Shown here: one piece after another, positions 43,348-53,351 of the stretch
Position numbering within the stretch: position 1 is the first letter of the stretch
Layout of the letters: each line of letters begins with the position of its first letter
DNA from: Alphaproteobacteria bacterium
GTDB taxonomy: Bacteria; Pseudomonadota; Alphaproteobacteria; Bin95
Length of the DNA stretch: 64,000 bases
Assembly: GCA_965205265.1 (NCBI GenBank)
Contig: CBDBGH010000003.1
Location: forward strand, 1,664,001-1,728,000
Reading direction: 5' to 3'
The notes under the pieces: generated by a model
Databases searched by the model: none
Seen by the model: only the letters and a program-made list of their open reading frames with translations
What the model was told of the DNA's origin: nothing
Translations under genes and position numbers: made by a program

Positions 43348-44130
43348 TTACCCGCAGCCGTCGGTGCAAGGCAGCGAATATTCCGCCTCCGAGACCGGCT
43401 TGCCCTCGGGATTGACGAGGCGCATGCGGCCGTTGCGGCGCTGGAGGCTCAGGCGGTCGTCCCAGAACATCGGGCGCAGGAAGCGTATGGCGAGGTCGAG
43501 GCGTCCGGGCATGATGTCCCCGGCAAGCGCGGCGACATAATAGTGGATGCCCATGAGGCCCGCGGCTATCGGGGCCCGGAAGCCGTAGCGCGCCGCGACC
43601 TCGGGATCGTTGTGGATCGCGTTCAGCGAATCGTCGCTGTAAGCCGCCACGCCCTCCGGCGTCAGCCGGTGTTCGGCGATCCGTTCGAAGGCGTCTTCGT
43701 CGGGAACGGGCGCGCCGCCCCCGCCGGGGCCCCGCTTGCGCGCCGGGTCGGGCCTGAGCCCGGAGCGTTCCGTCTCGCAAACCTCCCTGCCCTCGCGGTC
43801 GCGGTAGCTGAACCGGCACCACACCCGCCGCCCGCGCGGCACGGCCTCGATCCGCGTGACCTCGCCTGCGACGGTCAAGGGCTCTTCCACCCGCACGGCG
43901 CGATGCAGGCGGAAGCGCTGCGTCATATGCACCTGCCCCAGCAGAGAGATGCCGGACTCGTGCATCGCCTTGAGCGCGCCGTGCCCGAGGAAGGTCGGAT
44001 CGGCCAGGTCTCCGTAACGCCCGGCATCGATGCCGGCCGCGCCGAGTTTCGCTTCCTGGAAGGCGCGTTCGACGGAAAACGCCACCGTCTCGAACGCGAA
44101 CCCGGGCTCCAGCAGTTCATCCCCTTGCAT
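43348..44130 (-). CDS. Double hot-dog / MaoC-like protein
   Basis: HMTQRFRLHRAV first domain; NAIHNDPEVAARYGFRAPIAAG hydratase motif; FLRPMFWD. Start could also be 44157. Confidence 0.75.
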   Translation of the reverse strand: MQGDELLEPGFAFETVAFSVERAFQEAKLGAAGIDAGRYGDLADPTFLGHGALKAMHESGISLLGQVHMTQRFRLHRAVRVEEPLTVAGEVTRIEAVPRGRRVWCRFSYRDREGREVCETERSGLRPDPARKRGPGGGGAPVPDEDAFERIAEHRLTPEGVAAYSDDSLNAIHNDPEVAARYGFRAPIAAGLMGIHYYVAALAGDIMPGRLDLAIRFLRPMFWDDRLSLQRRNGRMRLVNPEGKPVSEAEYSLPCTDGCG

Positions 44131-44195
44131 CGGTCCCGACCCTCGTTTCGTCCCCATCCCGCCGCGGCGGGCGAGCGCGCCTGCGAACATCCGGC

Positions 44196-46514
44196 TCAAC
44201 GCGGCCAGTCGTCCTCGCGGTAGAGGAACATCGGGCTGCTCCACGCCTGGAACCCGTCCTCCGTGAACACCGACACCCAGACCGGGTTGTCGCCCTTTGC
44301 CGAGAGCGGCACCTCCAACTCGGTCGAGAATTCCCGGCAGGAGAGTTCGTCGGGCAGCCGGAACACCCTGATCCGCCGCTCGAGGCCGCCCGCTTCCATG
44401 ATCCAGTCCTCGAGGCCGATCTCGGAGAGCGGATGGTCGAGCGCGCCCAGATTGCTGGTCAGGTGGAACATGCTGTCCGACGTCTCGGCGAGCCAAGCAT
44501 CGAAGCCCCCGAAATTGCCGGTGGTGATGGCGTCGAACACGACCGTGTCCCGCCCCCTCTGCTCCAGCAGCCGTTCCTTGTTCCAGGCATTGATGGGCTC
44601 CATGCGCAGGATCGACGCATGCTGGAAGCGCGCCCGGCCCTTCCAGTTGGTTTCGCGCCCGCGCCCCCTGTATTCCGCGCCGCTCCACAGCACGCGGATG
44701 CGGGAGCCGAGCGCGTCCGCGCCGTGGGGACGGAGCGTGCGGAACACCTGCGTGCCGTTGCGGACCTCGATCCGCTCGATGGGCGACTGCGTCACGACTT
44801 CGAGCGAGAGCGTGACCGCCGCATCGTCCGTCTGCGCGATGTCGCCCATCATGATCTCGCCGACCGGCTGCGGCGCCTCGCCCTCGAAAGCGTGCGGGTC
44901 GCGCTCGAAAAGCTTACCCCCGGCCCGGAACCGGGCGCGGACATCGAGATGCATCCGGGTGCCGGTGGTACCGTAGGTGTGACGGCGCTGGACCGCATCC
45001 ATGATGCCGTCCCGGCTCAGCTCCGTCGCGTAGAAGCAGGTGAGCCCCCCATACGCCCCGAAGGTCGAGGCGCCGGGGTAACTTGCTCCCGGCCGGCCCT
45101 TGTGGCCATCGCTGTTGCAAACCACGCCCGAGCGGTGGCCGAGGGGGAAGCCGTCGGTCAGCAGCCACTCGAAGGTGCCCCAGGCCGAATGGATCTCCAT
45201 TGCGGCTTCCCGGCACGGATCGTGGGCATAGCCGATGTCGGCGTAGCGGCCGCCCACATGCGCGTAGATGAAACAATCCTCGTCGGCCAGCATCTCGAAC
45301 AGGCGGTTGGCGTTGGGCGCATCCGTGTCGAGATCGGAGCGGTCGGTCAGCAGGGCATGCGAGGAGCGGTGGATCGGCCGGCCCTCGCGGCGGAAATACA
45401 CATTGCGGTCGCCGCCGACCGCCGTGTTGCCGGACCACTCGTAACCGGGAAAGGTGACGAAGCGGCCGTCCTGGTGGTGCTCCGCCGTCAACTGGTTCAC
45501 ATGCTCCCAGAAGGTGTTGTTGACCTGGAAGTCGTTGGCCTGGTGGGCGGTCGCATCGAGGAAGGACTTGTTGCGGGCGAAGTCGAAATACTGCCGCGCC
45601 GTGGTGATGCCGATGCTCTCGCCGCTCTGCCCGTGCAGGTCGCCCCAATAGCCGCCGAACGGCCCGTCCCGGACGACAAGCGGATGGGATTCCGCCGCAA
45701 TCGTCCCGTCTTCGCCTCGCACAACGATGCGCAATATGCCCGGCTCGCTCACCGAGAGGCCCTCGAAACAGACCGATTTGCGGCCGAGCGGATAGTCCAC
45801 TTCGGCCGGCAGCCCGGATACCGGCATGGTGCTGTCCAGCGTGAACCGCCCGCTCGCCCGGTCCGTCGGGTTGCCCCAGACATCCTCCGCCTTCAGGCCG
45901 AACTGGAACGTCTCGCCGGGCCGGCGGAGCGACGGCAGCACCGCGCGCCAGCAGACCGGCGGCCCGGGCACGACGGAAATGGCCGGCGACTCCGGAATGG
46001 GCACATGGTGGCCGACGGCGCAGACATCGGCGAGGACGCGGAACTGGAAGTCCATCTCCACCATGGTCTGCATCCGCATGCCGGGGGATCCGCCGGAGGT
46101 GTCCCCGAAGGTGATGTGGATGCTGTCGCCCTCGCGCAGGAAACCGCCCATGACATGCGCCGTCAGCGCCTTCCAGCGGGGCCTGGGCGCGCCGTGCGAA
46201 ACATAGGACAGCCGGATCGGCACCCCCTTGCTGGAGCGCGCCGTGACATAGTTGTAGCCGGCGGGATCGTCCATCTGGAGCCCGCCCCAGTCCCCGAGGG
46301 AGCGGAACGAGACCCGGATGCTGCCGGTATCGTCGAGGCCGTAGCGCCCGACGGTATAGACCAGCTCGAATGTCTGGAGGCTGCGCACCTCGACCGGGTC
46401 GTTCGGGCGCAGTTCGGCATAGCCGTAGAGCACCGGGTCGGCGCCCGGCTGCACCGCCGGCCACGCCTCGCCCATCATCTCGTCCGCAAGCGGCCCGTCC
46501 CTGAATTCCTTCAT
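44196..46514 (-). CDS. DUF3604 PHP-fold putative metallohydrolase
   Basis: WGDLHGQS, PGYEWSG, EIHSAWG, NSDGHKGRPG, RRHTYGTTG, AWSSP. Confidence 0.82.
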   Translation of the reverse strand: MKEFRDGPLADEMMGEAWPAVQPGADPVLYGYAELRPNDPVEVRSLQTFELVYTVGRYGLDDTGSIRVSFRSLGDWGGLQMDDPAGYNYVTARSSKGVPIRLSYVSHGAPRPRWKALTAHVMGGFLREGDSIHITFGDTSGGSPGMRMQTMVEMDFQFRVLADVCAVGHHVPIPESPAISVVPGPPVCWRAVLPSLRRPGETFQFGLKAEDVWGNPTDRASGRFTLDSTMPVSGLPAEVDYPLGRKSVCFEGLSVSEPGILRIVVRGEDGTIAAESHPLVVRDGPFGGYWGDLHGQSGESIGITTARQYFDFARNKSFLDATAHQANDFQVNNTFWEHVNQLTAEHHQDGRFVTFPGYEWSGNTAVGGDRNVYFRREGRPIHRSSHALLTDRSDLDTDAPNANRLFEMLADEDCFIYAHVGGRYADIGYAHDPCREAAMEIHSAWGTFEWLLTDGFPLGHRSGVVCNSDGHKGRPGASYPGASTFGAYGGLTCFYATELSRDGIMDAVQRRHTYGTTGTRMHLDVRARFRAGGKLFERDPHAFEGEAPQPVGEIMMGDIAQTDDAAVTLSLEVVTQSPIERIEVRNGTQVFRTLRPHGADALGSRIRVLWSGAEYRGRGRETNWKGRARFQHASILRMEPINAWNKERLLEQRGRDTVVFDAITTGNFGGFDAWLAETSDSMFHLTSNLGALDHPLSEIGLEDWIMEAGGLERRIRVFRLPDELSCREFSTELEVPLSAKGDNPVWVSVFTEDGFQAWSSPMFLYREDDWPR

Positions 46515-46632
46515 CGTCGGCTCCTGGGTCTCCGGCGGCGCTCGGGCTGCCCTTCCGGTCCCGCCACGCTCCTCCGCCGGACTCATAAACGACCCGCGCG
46601 CCGGCGGCAAAGGCGGCAGGGACGGGGAAAAA

Positions 46633-47031
46633 TCAGGTCAGCACATCGACCAGTTGCGCCTCGACGATTCTGCGGTCCTGGGTCAGAAGCGTCGCGCCGG
46701 TCACACGGGCGGTTGCGACCAGAATGCGGCCCGCCGGGTCACGATGAAAGAAGTCCGGCAACGAAGCCAGTTCGGCCGCCACCGCCGGCGAGATTCCGTG
46801 CCGCCGCACCAATGGGCGCGCGACCGCCTTTTCCAGCCACTCCCGCAGGGGAATCGCCAGACGAATGCGGCCCAGATCGTGCAGCATCGCCACTTCCCAC
46901 AGCGAAATATCGGAGACCAGCAAGGGCGACTCCGCATTCGCGGACGCAATTGCCTCCCGCTGACGCCGGGACAGCCGGTCGCGGTCTCCATGCCACCAGA
47001 GCAATATATGCGTGTCCAGCAGCGCCTTCAC
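46633..47031 (-). CDS. vapC: PIN-domain toxin VapC, possibly catalytically impaired
   Basis: LLDTHILLW, SLWEV, HRDPAGR (usually DPxDR), TQD. Confidence 0.85.
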   Translation of the reverse strand: MKALLDTHILLWWHGDRDRLSRRQREAIASANAESPLLVSDISLWEVAMLHDLGRIRLAIPLREWLEKAVARPLVRRHGISPAVAAELASLPDFFHRDPAGRILVATARVTGATLLTQDRRIVEAQLVDVLT

Positions 47032-47267
47032 CGCTTCAGGCTGTCCCAGCGCTCCTCCGGAAACACCGGCTCGACGATGTCTTCGAGAATGACGACCGTT
47101 CCCTCCAGCTCGGTCTGGGGGTATCCGTCGCTCTCCCCGGTCGCGCGCGTCAGCTCCGCAACCGGCCGCCCGCGCTTCAGGATCACCACCCGTTCGCCCG
47201 TCTCATGGACGCGGTCGAGAATGGCGAGGCACCGCGCCTTGAAATCGGATGCGTTGATCGTCACCAT
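47028..47267 (-). CDS. Phd/YefM antitoxin
   Basis: INASDFKARCLAILDRV...KRGRPVAEL; GTGA overlap with vapC. Confidence 0.88.
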   Translation of the reverse strand: MVTINASDFKARCLAILDRVHETGERVVILKRGRPVAELTRATGESDGYPQTELEGTVVILEDIVEPVFPEERWDSLKR

Positions 47268-47302
47268 ATGACCAGTATTCGTGACCGGTCATATGACGTC
47301 AA
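47265..47302 (-). promoter_or_regulatory. Leaderless sigma70 promoter with palindromic operator for phd-vapC
   Basis: Minus strand TTGACG-N17-AATACT-N6-ATG. Inverted repeat CATATGACC/GGTCATATG and internal palindrome TGACCGGTCA. Confidence 0.65.
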
Positions 47303-47414
47303 GATCGACAAACGGCCAATGGCGTTTCTTTTCCGCACGCCGCGCAATGCCTCTATAGTCGAGGATACGGCCGCTGGCGGACGGCGCGGCCGGTCCGCGG
47401 GAGGCTTCGGGACG

Positions 47415-48071
47415 ATGATCCACTACACCTACTGGCGCAGCACGGCCGCCTACCGGGTGCGCATCGCGCTCAACCTCAAGGGCGTGCCCCATGAGTCCGC
47501 CTATGTGCATCTCTCGCGCGACGGCGGCGAGCACAAGCAACCGGCGTACCGGACCAAGAATCCTCAGGGCCTCATCCCGGCGCTCCAGGTCGGAGACACA
47601 GTCTTCGGCCAGTCGCTGGCGATCCTCGAATATCTGGAGGAGACGCACCCCGAGCCGCCGCTATTGCCGAAGGACCCGGTCGAACGGGGCCGCATTCGCG
47701 CGCTTGCCGGCCTGATCGCCTGCGACATGCACCCGGTGAACAATCTCCGCATCCAGATCTATCTGCGCCGGGAGATGGGATGCTCGCGGGAGCAGGTGCT
47801 CGCCTGGTACCGGCACTGGATCGCGGAAGGCTTCGGCGGCATCGAGCCGGAGCTCGCCCGGACGGCGGGCGACTGCTGCTTCGGCGACGAGATCACCATG
47901 GCGGATGTCTGCCTTGTCCCGCAGGTCTTCAACGCCCGGCGCTTCGATTGCGACCTCTCGCCCTATCCGAACATTACCGCCATCGACGCGCGCCTCTCCG
48001 CCCACCCGGCCTTCGCGGCGGCCGAACCGCTCGCGCAGGAAGATGCCGAACCGGACAACGACCCCGGCTGA
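47415..48071 (+). CDS. maiA: Maleylacetoacetate isomerase (GST zeta)
   Basis: YWRSTAAYRVRIALNLKG, NPQGLIP, QSLAILEYL, CDMHPVNNLR, PQVFNARRF. Confidence 0.92.
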   Translation: MIHYTYWRSTAAYRVRIALNLKGVPHESAYVHLSRDGGEHKQPAYRTKNPQGLIPALQVGDTVFGQSLAILEYLEETHPEPPLLPKDPVERGRIRALAGLIACDMHPVNNLRIQIYLRREMGCSREQVLAWYRHWIAEGFGGIEPELARTAGDCCFGDEITMADVCLVPQVFNARRFDCDLSPYPNITAIDARLSAHPAFAAAEPLAQEDAEPDNDPG

Positions 48072-48120
48072 CGGCAACGACACCAATCGTTCATTACGGA
48101 ACTTCCGGAGGCCCTGCCCC

Positions 48121-49110
48121 ATGAACCGGCGACGCTTCGGCCGCACGAATATCGAGATTTCGGAACTCACGCTCGGCGGCGGCTTCGTCGGCGGCCTGCT
48201 GCTCCACGCACCGGACGAGGTGAAGCGCGAATGCATCGCGGCCTGCCTCGACGCGGGCATGAACTGGCTCGACACGGCCGCCGACTATGGCGGCGGCGAG
48301 TCCGAGAAGGCGATAAGCTGGCTGACCGCGGAACTGCCGGCGGAGAAGCGCCCGCATATCAGCACCAAGGTCCGGCTGGACGCGGCACGGCGCGACAATT
48401 TCCCGGACCAGGTGCGCGCGTCGATAGAGGGCAGCCTCGAGCGCCTCAAGGTGGACCGGGTGGACCTGCTGATCCTCCACAACCCGCTGGTGCCGGAACC
48501 CGACCGCGCGACGCTGACGCTGGACGAGGCGCTCGGCGTCATCGACTGTTTCGACCGGCTGCGCGAGGAAGGCCTGTTCGACCATGTAGGCTTTACCGCG
48601 CTCGGCGACGGCCCGACGGTCCGCGCCGCCATTGCGTCCGGCCGCTTCGACATGGCGCAGGTCTATTACAACATGCTGAACCCGACGGCCGGCTTCGCAT
48701 TGGGCGGCGGAGCGGGCGCGAACTGGTCGAGCTCGGATTTCACCGGCCTGCTGGACGCCTGCCGGGAGCACGATGTGGGGGTGATGAACATCCGTATCTT
48801 CGCGGCCGGCGTGCTGGCGGCGGACGAGCGCCACGGGCGCGAAATCCCGATCACGGCAAACGCGGAAATGGCGGCCGAAGAGGCCCGTGCCCGGGCAGTG
48901 GTCGAAGCGCTCGGCGAACGCAACGAGACCCGCTCGCAGACCGCGATCCGTTTCGGCCTCAGCCACCCGGCCGTCTCGACCGTCGTGTTCGGCGTCGCCG
49001 AGATGTCTCATGTCCACCAGGCGCTCGCAGCCCCCGGCCTCGGGCCGCTGGAGGAAGACGCGCTCGCCGCGCTCAGGCGGGCATGGTCTTCCGATGCCTT
49101 CCGCGATTAG
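48121..49110 (+). CDS. Aldo/keto reductase
   Basis: FGRTNIEISELTLG, LDTAADYG, STK, VDLLILHN. Confidence 0.88.
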   Translation: MNRRRFGRTNIEISELTLGGGFVGGLLLHAPDEVKRECIAACLDAGMNWLDTAADYGGGESEKAISWLTAELPAEKRPHISTKVRLDAARRDNFPDQVRASIEGSLERLKVDRVDLLILHNPLVPEPDRATLTLDEALGVIDCFDRLREEGLFDHVGFTALGDGPTVRAAIASGRFDMAQVYYNMLNPTAGFALGGGAGANWSSSDFTGLLDACREHDVGVMNIRIFAAGVLAADERHGREIPITANAEMAAEEARARAVVEALGERNETRSQTAIRFGLSHPAVSTVVFGVAEMSHVHQALAAPGLGPLEEDALAALRRAWSSDAFRD

Positions 49111-49117
49111 GACGCCC

Positions 49118-50383
49118 GTGACCGCCGGCCGGACACACTACGACGTCATCGTCGCCGGCGGCGGGTCGGCAGGCGTGGCCGCCGCCGTCGCCAGCGCGCG
49201 CATGGGCGCCAATACCCTCCTTCTCGAACGGTACAACTGCCTGGGCGGCGCCGCGACGATGCGCAATGTCGTCACCTATTGCGGCCTCTACACGCTTGGG
49301 GAGACGCCGCGCCGCGTCGTTGGCGGCATCGCCGAAGAGGTCATGCAGGGCCTCAGAAGGCAAGGCGCCGTCGATGGGCCGCACCGGCACCGGGGCGTAT
49401 TCGTCACCTTCGAGCCGGAAGCGGTGAAACCCGTCCTCGACGACCTGGCCGCGGCGGCCGGCGTGACCGTGATGTTTTCCAGTTTCGTCGCAGCCGCGGA
49501 ACGGCGGGACGGCCGGGTGCGGACCATCACCGTTGCCGGCCATTCGGGCCTGAAAAGCTTCACCGCCGGGGCCTTCGTGGATTGCACGGGCGAAGGCGAC
49601 CTTGCGGCCTTCTCCGGCGCCGGCACCCGCTACGGCAATGGCGCGGATGTGAATCTCGGCACGCTCGGCACACGGTTCGGCGGCGTGCCCCGCGCCGTGC
49701 CGGTGACAGCCGAGCGCATTGCCGAGGCGGTCGCAGGACTGGGCGCGAGGGCGGAATCCGTCACCAAGGACCGCAGCGTCGTCGCGCGCCTGCCGATATC
49801 GGGCGATGTCGTCGTCTATCTCGCCTCGGAGGACTACGACCCGCGCGACAGCCTTTCCATGTCGGCCGCGGAGGCCCGCGGCCGGCGGCAGGCCTGGGTC
49901 TATCTGGACGCGCTCCGGACCATCGAAGGCTGCGAGAATGCTTACCTCGTCGCGACGGGCCCGGAATTCGGCACGCGCGAGTCGCGCCATCTCAACTGCC
50001 TGCGGCAACTCGCCTGGGCCGACATCGAAAACCGCGCGAGGTTCGACGACTGCATCGCGCTCGGCGGCTGGGGCGCGGAGTGGCACGACCGCGCCACATA
50101 TTGGAGCACCTTCGACTACGCGCCGGACCGGGGGGCCTATGAGATACCGCTCGGCTGCCTGCGCAGCGCGGACACGGCGAACCTGTTCTGCGCCGGGCGC
50201 CTCGCCGACGGGGACCGGAAGGCCGGCGCCGCCATCCGGGTCATGGGCACCGCCTTCGCCACCGGCCAGGCTGCGGGCATCGCCGCCGCGCTCGAAGCCG
50301 ACGGGCGCTTCGCGGTCTCCGCTGTGCAGGCCGCACTGAAGAAGCAGAACGCCATCCTAGACCCCGCCGATATCCCGGCGTGA
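49118..50383 (+). CDS. FAD-dependent oxidoreductase
   Basis: YDVIVAGGGSAG, VDCTGEGD, RESR, YEIPLGCL, GQAAG. Confidence 0.85.
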   Translation: MTAGRTHYDVIVAGGGSAGVAAAVASARMGANTLLLERYNCLGGAATMRNVVTYCGLYTLGETPRRVVGGIAEEVMQGLRRQGAVDGPHRHRGVFVTFEPEAVKPVLDDLAAAAGVTVMFSSFVAAAERRDGRVRTITVAGHSGLKSFTAGAFVDCTGEGDLAAFSGAGTRYGNGADVNLGTLGTRFGGVPRAVPVTAERIAEAVAGLGARAESVTKDRSVVARLPISGDVVVYLASEDYDPRDSLSMSAAEARGRRQAWVYLDALRTIEGCENAYLVATGPEFGTRESRHLNCLRQLAWADIENRARFDDCIALGGWGAEWHDRATYWSTFDYAPDRGAYEIPLGCLRSADTANLFCAGRLADGDRKAGAAIRVMGTAFATGQAAGIAAALEADGRFAVSAVQAALKKQNAILDPADIPA

Positions 50384-50401
50384 AAGGGGTCGAAGGCGGG
50401 G

Positions 50402-51325
50402 CTATTCCTTCGGCGCGGCGATCAGGCCGTAATGCTGCGGCTGGCGATGCAAGGCGAAGTCGAAGATCTGGCGGCGGATTTCGTCGCAGCGGTCGAGGTC
50501 GCAGTCCGCAACGACCACCTCGTCGCCAACGCCCTGGGCCATGGCCACGATCTCGCCCGTGGGCGCGACGATGGCGCTCTGGCCGATCAGGTCGCAACCC
50601 TCCTCCCGGCCGGCCTTGGCCACGCCCACCACCCAATTGCCGTTCTGGTAGGCGCCGGCCTGCATGGAGAGGTGGTTGTGGAACCACATCAGATGGTCGT
50701 GCTCGGGCACGGGCGGGTTGTGGGTCGGGGTGTTGTAGCCGAGCATGACCAGTTCGACCCCTTGCAGGCCCATCACCCGGTAGGTCTCCGGCCAGCGGCG
50801 GTCGTTGCAGATGCACATGCCCATCTTGCCGCCGAAGGCCTCGAACACCGGAAAGCCCAGGTCGCCCGGCTCGAAATAGGCCTTCTCCAGGTGCTGGAAC
50901 GGTCGCCAGGGCTCATGCTCGGCATGGCCCGGAAGGTGGATCTTGCGGTATTTGCCGACGATCTCGCCCTTGCCGTCCACCAGGATGGAGGTGTTGAAGC
51001 GCCGCTTGCCGCCGCCCGGCTCCCGGACCAGTTCCGCATAGCCGAGATAGAAGCCCACCCCGAGTTCCGCCGCCAGTTCGAACAGCGGGCGCACGGCCGC
51101 ATTCGGCATCTCGGTTTCGTAGAAGGCGTCGAGTTCCGCCTCGTCCTCCAAATACCAGCGGGGGAAGAAGCTGGTGAGCGCAAGTTCGGGAAAAACCACG
51201 ATCTTCGCGCCCTTGGCGTGAGCCTCGCGCATCATCTCGCACATGCGCGCAACGCAGGATTGCCGCGACTCCTCGCGGGCGATGGGGCCCATCTGGGCGG
51301 CGGCAACGCCTATCCGTCTGGCCAT
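50402..51325 (-). CDS. N-carbamoyl-D-amino acid amidohydrolase (nitrilase superfamily)
   Basis: FPELALTSFFPRW, YRKIHLPGH, FQHLEK, ICNDRRWPE. Confidence 0.92.
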   Translation of the reverse strand: MARRIGVAAAQMGPIAREESRQSCVARMCEMMREAHAKGAKIVVFPELALTSFFPRWYLEDEAELDAFYETEMPNAAVRPLFELAAELGVGFYLGYAELVREPGGGKRRFNTSILVDGKGEIVGKYRKIHLPGHAEHEPWRPFQHLEKAYFEPGDLGFPVFEAFGGKMGMCICNDRRWPETYRVMGLQGVELVMLGYNTPTHNPPVPEHDHLMWFHNHLSMQAGAYQNGNWVVGVAKAGREEGCDLIGQSAIVAPTGEIVAMAQGVGDEVVVADCDLDRCDEIRRQIFDFALHRQPQHYGLIAAPKE

Positions 51326-51344
51326 GGCGGTCTCCTCCCGGGTG

Positions 51345-52343
51345 TCACACCGCCGGTTGCTCGGCGCCGGGCACAAGATGGCAGGCGACCTGGTGGCCGG
51401 CTTCGACGAAGCGCATGGCCGGCTCCTCGACGCGGCAGCGCGCCTCGGCCAGCGGGCAGCGCGTGTGGAAGCGGCAGCCGGCCGGCGGGTTGATGGGGCT
51501 CGGAATGTCCCCCTTGAGGATGATGCGCTCGCGCTTGGCGCCGGGCTCCGGCACCGGCGCAGCGGAAAGAAGGGCGCGGGTATAGGGATGGCGGGGATCG
51601 GCAAACAGCGTTTCGCGGTCCGTCAGCTCGACGATCTTGCCGAGATACATGACCGCGACCCGGTGGCTGATATGCTCGACCACGGCAAGGTCGTGGCTGA
51701 TGAAGAGATAGGCGAGGTCGAACTCGTCCTGCAGGTCCATCAGCAGGTTCAGCACCTGGGCCTGGACCGAGACATCGAGCGCCGAGACAGGCTCGTCCGC
51801 AACGATCAGGCCGGGCTCCAGCGCCAGCGCCCGCGCCACGCCGAGCCGCTGGCGCTGGCCGCCGGAGAATTCATGCGGGTACTTGGCCATCTGGTCCGGC
51901 CGGAGTCCTACCCGGCCGAACAGCGCGCGCACGCGCTCCTCGATCTCCATGCGCGGGATTTCGCTGTAGTTCTCCAGCGGTTCGGCCACGATGCGCCGCG
52001 CCGAGAGCCGGGGGTTGAGCGAAGCATAGGGGTCCTGGAACACCATCTGCATCTGTCGGCGCAGCGTCCGCATCCGGGCGGCGCCCGCATGGGTCACATC
52101 CTCTCCGCGCACCAGGATTTCGCCCGAGGTAGGGTCGATCAGGCGCAGCACCGTCTTGCCGACCGTGGACTTGCCCGAACCGCTCTCGCCGACAAGGCCC
52201 AGCGTCTCGCCCCGGCGGATGTCGAAGCTGACACCATCGACCGCCAGCACCGACCCTACCCTGCGCCTCAGAAGCCCCGCATGGACCGGGAAATGCTTCT
52301 TGAGATCGCGCACCTCAAGCACGATATCGGCCTCGCCGTTCAT
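51345..52343 (-). CDS. Peptide-type ABC transporter ATPase (DppF/OppF-like)
   Basis: [26 protein letters not shown]-terminal Cys motif. Confidence 0.93.
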   Translation of the reverse strand: MNGEADIVLEVRDLKKHFPVHAGLLRRRVGSVLAVDGVSFDIRRGETLGLVGESGSGKSTVGKTVLRLIDPTSGEILVRGEDVTHAGAARMRTLRRQMQMVFQDPYASLNPRLSARRIVAEPLENYSEIPRMEIEERVRALFGRVGLRPDQMAKYPHEFSGGQRQRLGVARALALEPGLIVADEPVSALDVSVQAQVLNLLMDLQDEFDLAYLFISHDLAVVEHISHRVAVMYLGKIVELTDRETLFADPRHPYTRALLSAAPVPEPGAKRERIILKGDIPSPINPPAGCRFHTRCPLAEARCRVEEPAMRFVEAGHQVACHLVPGAEQPAV

Positions 52344-53347
52344 GCCGCCCGCTCCGCCACGCGTTCCCACTCCCAGCATGCCACCAAGCGCTCCCCGTCC
52401 CGGCTTTCGAGCCCCGGCGTCTCGACCCGGCAGCGCTCCTGCGCGAAGGGGCAGCGCGGCGCGAAGGTGCAGCCCGGCATCTCCTGCCGGAGCGACGGCA
52501 CCACGCCCGGTATCTCGGCAAGGCGTCCCCGCCCGCCCGCGAGCGCCCGCGCGGCCAGCTTGGGGATCGAGCCCATGAGGCCGAGCGTGTAGGGATGCAG
52601 CGGCCGTGCGAAGAGGTCCGCCACCGCCGCCTCCTCCACCTTGCGCCCGGCATACATGACCACGACGCGCTGCGCGGTCTCGGCCACGACGCCTAGATCG
52701 TGGGTGATGAATACGATGGCGGCGCCGATCTGCTCTTTCAACTGGAGCATGAGGTCGAGGATCTGGGCCTGGATCGTGACATCGAGCGCGGTGGTCGGCT
52801 CGTCGGCAATCAGGATCGAGGGATTGCAGGCGAGCGCCATGGCGATCATCACCCGCTGGCGCATGCCGCCGGACAGCTGGTGGGGATATTCGCTGGCGCG
52901 GCGCCGGGGCTCCGGAATCTGCACGAGGTCCAGCATCTCCACCGCACGCTCGGCGGCGGCGCGGCGGCCGAGCCCCTGGTGCAGCTCCAGCGACTCCGCG
53001 ATCTGGCGGCCCACCGGCATGACAGGATTGAGCGAGGTCATCGGCTCCTGGAAGATCATGGAGATCTCGTTGCCGCGGATATCCCGCATCCGCTCCTCGG
53101 TCGCCTGCAACAGGTCCTCGCCGTCGAACAGGATGCGCCCCGCCTCGATCTTTGCGGGCGGGATCGGCAGCAGCCGCAACACCGACATCGCCGTTACGCT
53201 CTTGCCGCACCCGGACTCGCCGACGATGGAAAGCGTCTCGCCCCGGTCCACCCGGATCGAGACGCCGTCCACGGCCCGCACGATGCCGTCGCGGGTGTGG
53301 AAATGCGTCTTGAGGCCGTCGATTTCGAGGATTGCGCCGTTCGCCAT
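52340..53347 (-). CDS. Peptide-type ABC transporter ATPase (DppD/OppD-like)
   Basis: [26 protein letters not shown]. Confidence 0.94.
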   Translation of the reverse strand: MANGAILEIDGLKTHFHTRDGIVRAVDGVSIRVDRGETLSIVGESGCGKSVTAMSVLRLLPIPPAKIEAGRILFDGEDLLQATEERMRDIRGNEISMIFQEPMTSLNPVMPVGRQIAESLELHQGLGRRAAAERAVEMLDLVQIPEPRRRASEYPHQLSGGMRQRVMIAMALACNPSILIADEPTTALDVTIQAQILDLMLQLKEQIGAAIVFITHDLGVVAETAQRVVVMYAGRKVEEAAVADLFARPLHPYTLGLMGSIPKLAARALAGGRGRLAEIPGVVPSLRQEMPGCTFAPRCPFAQERCRVETPGLESRDGERLVACWEWERVAERAA

Positions 53348-53351
53348 CGGA

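Noticed and set aside
44433-48071. 1212-aa plus-strand ORF
   Set aside because: Only the last ~218 aa (maiA, from 47415) is real. The rest is the antisense shadow of DUF3604 and phd-vapC in high-GC DNA.
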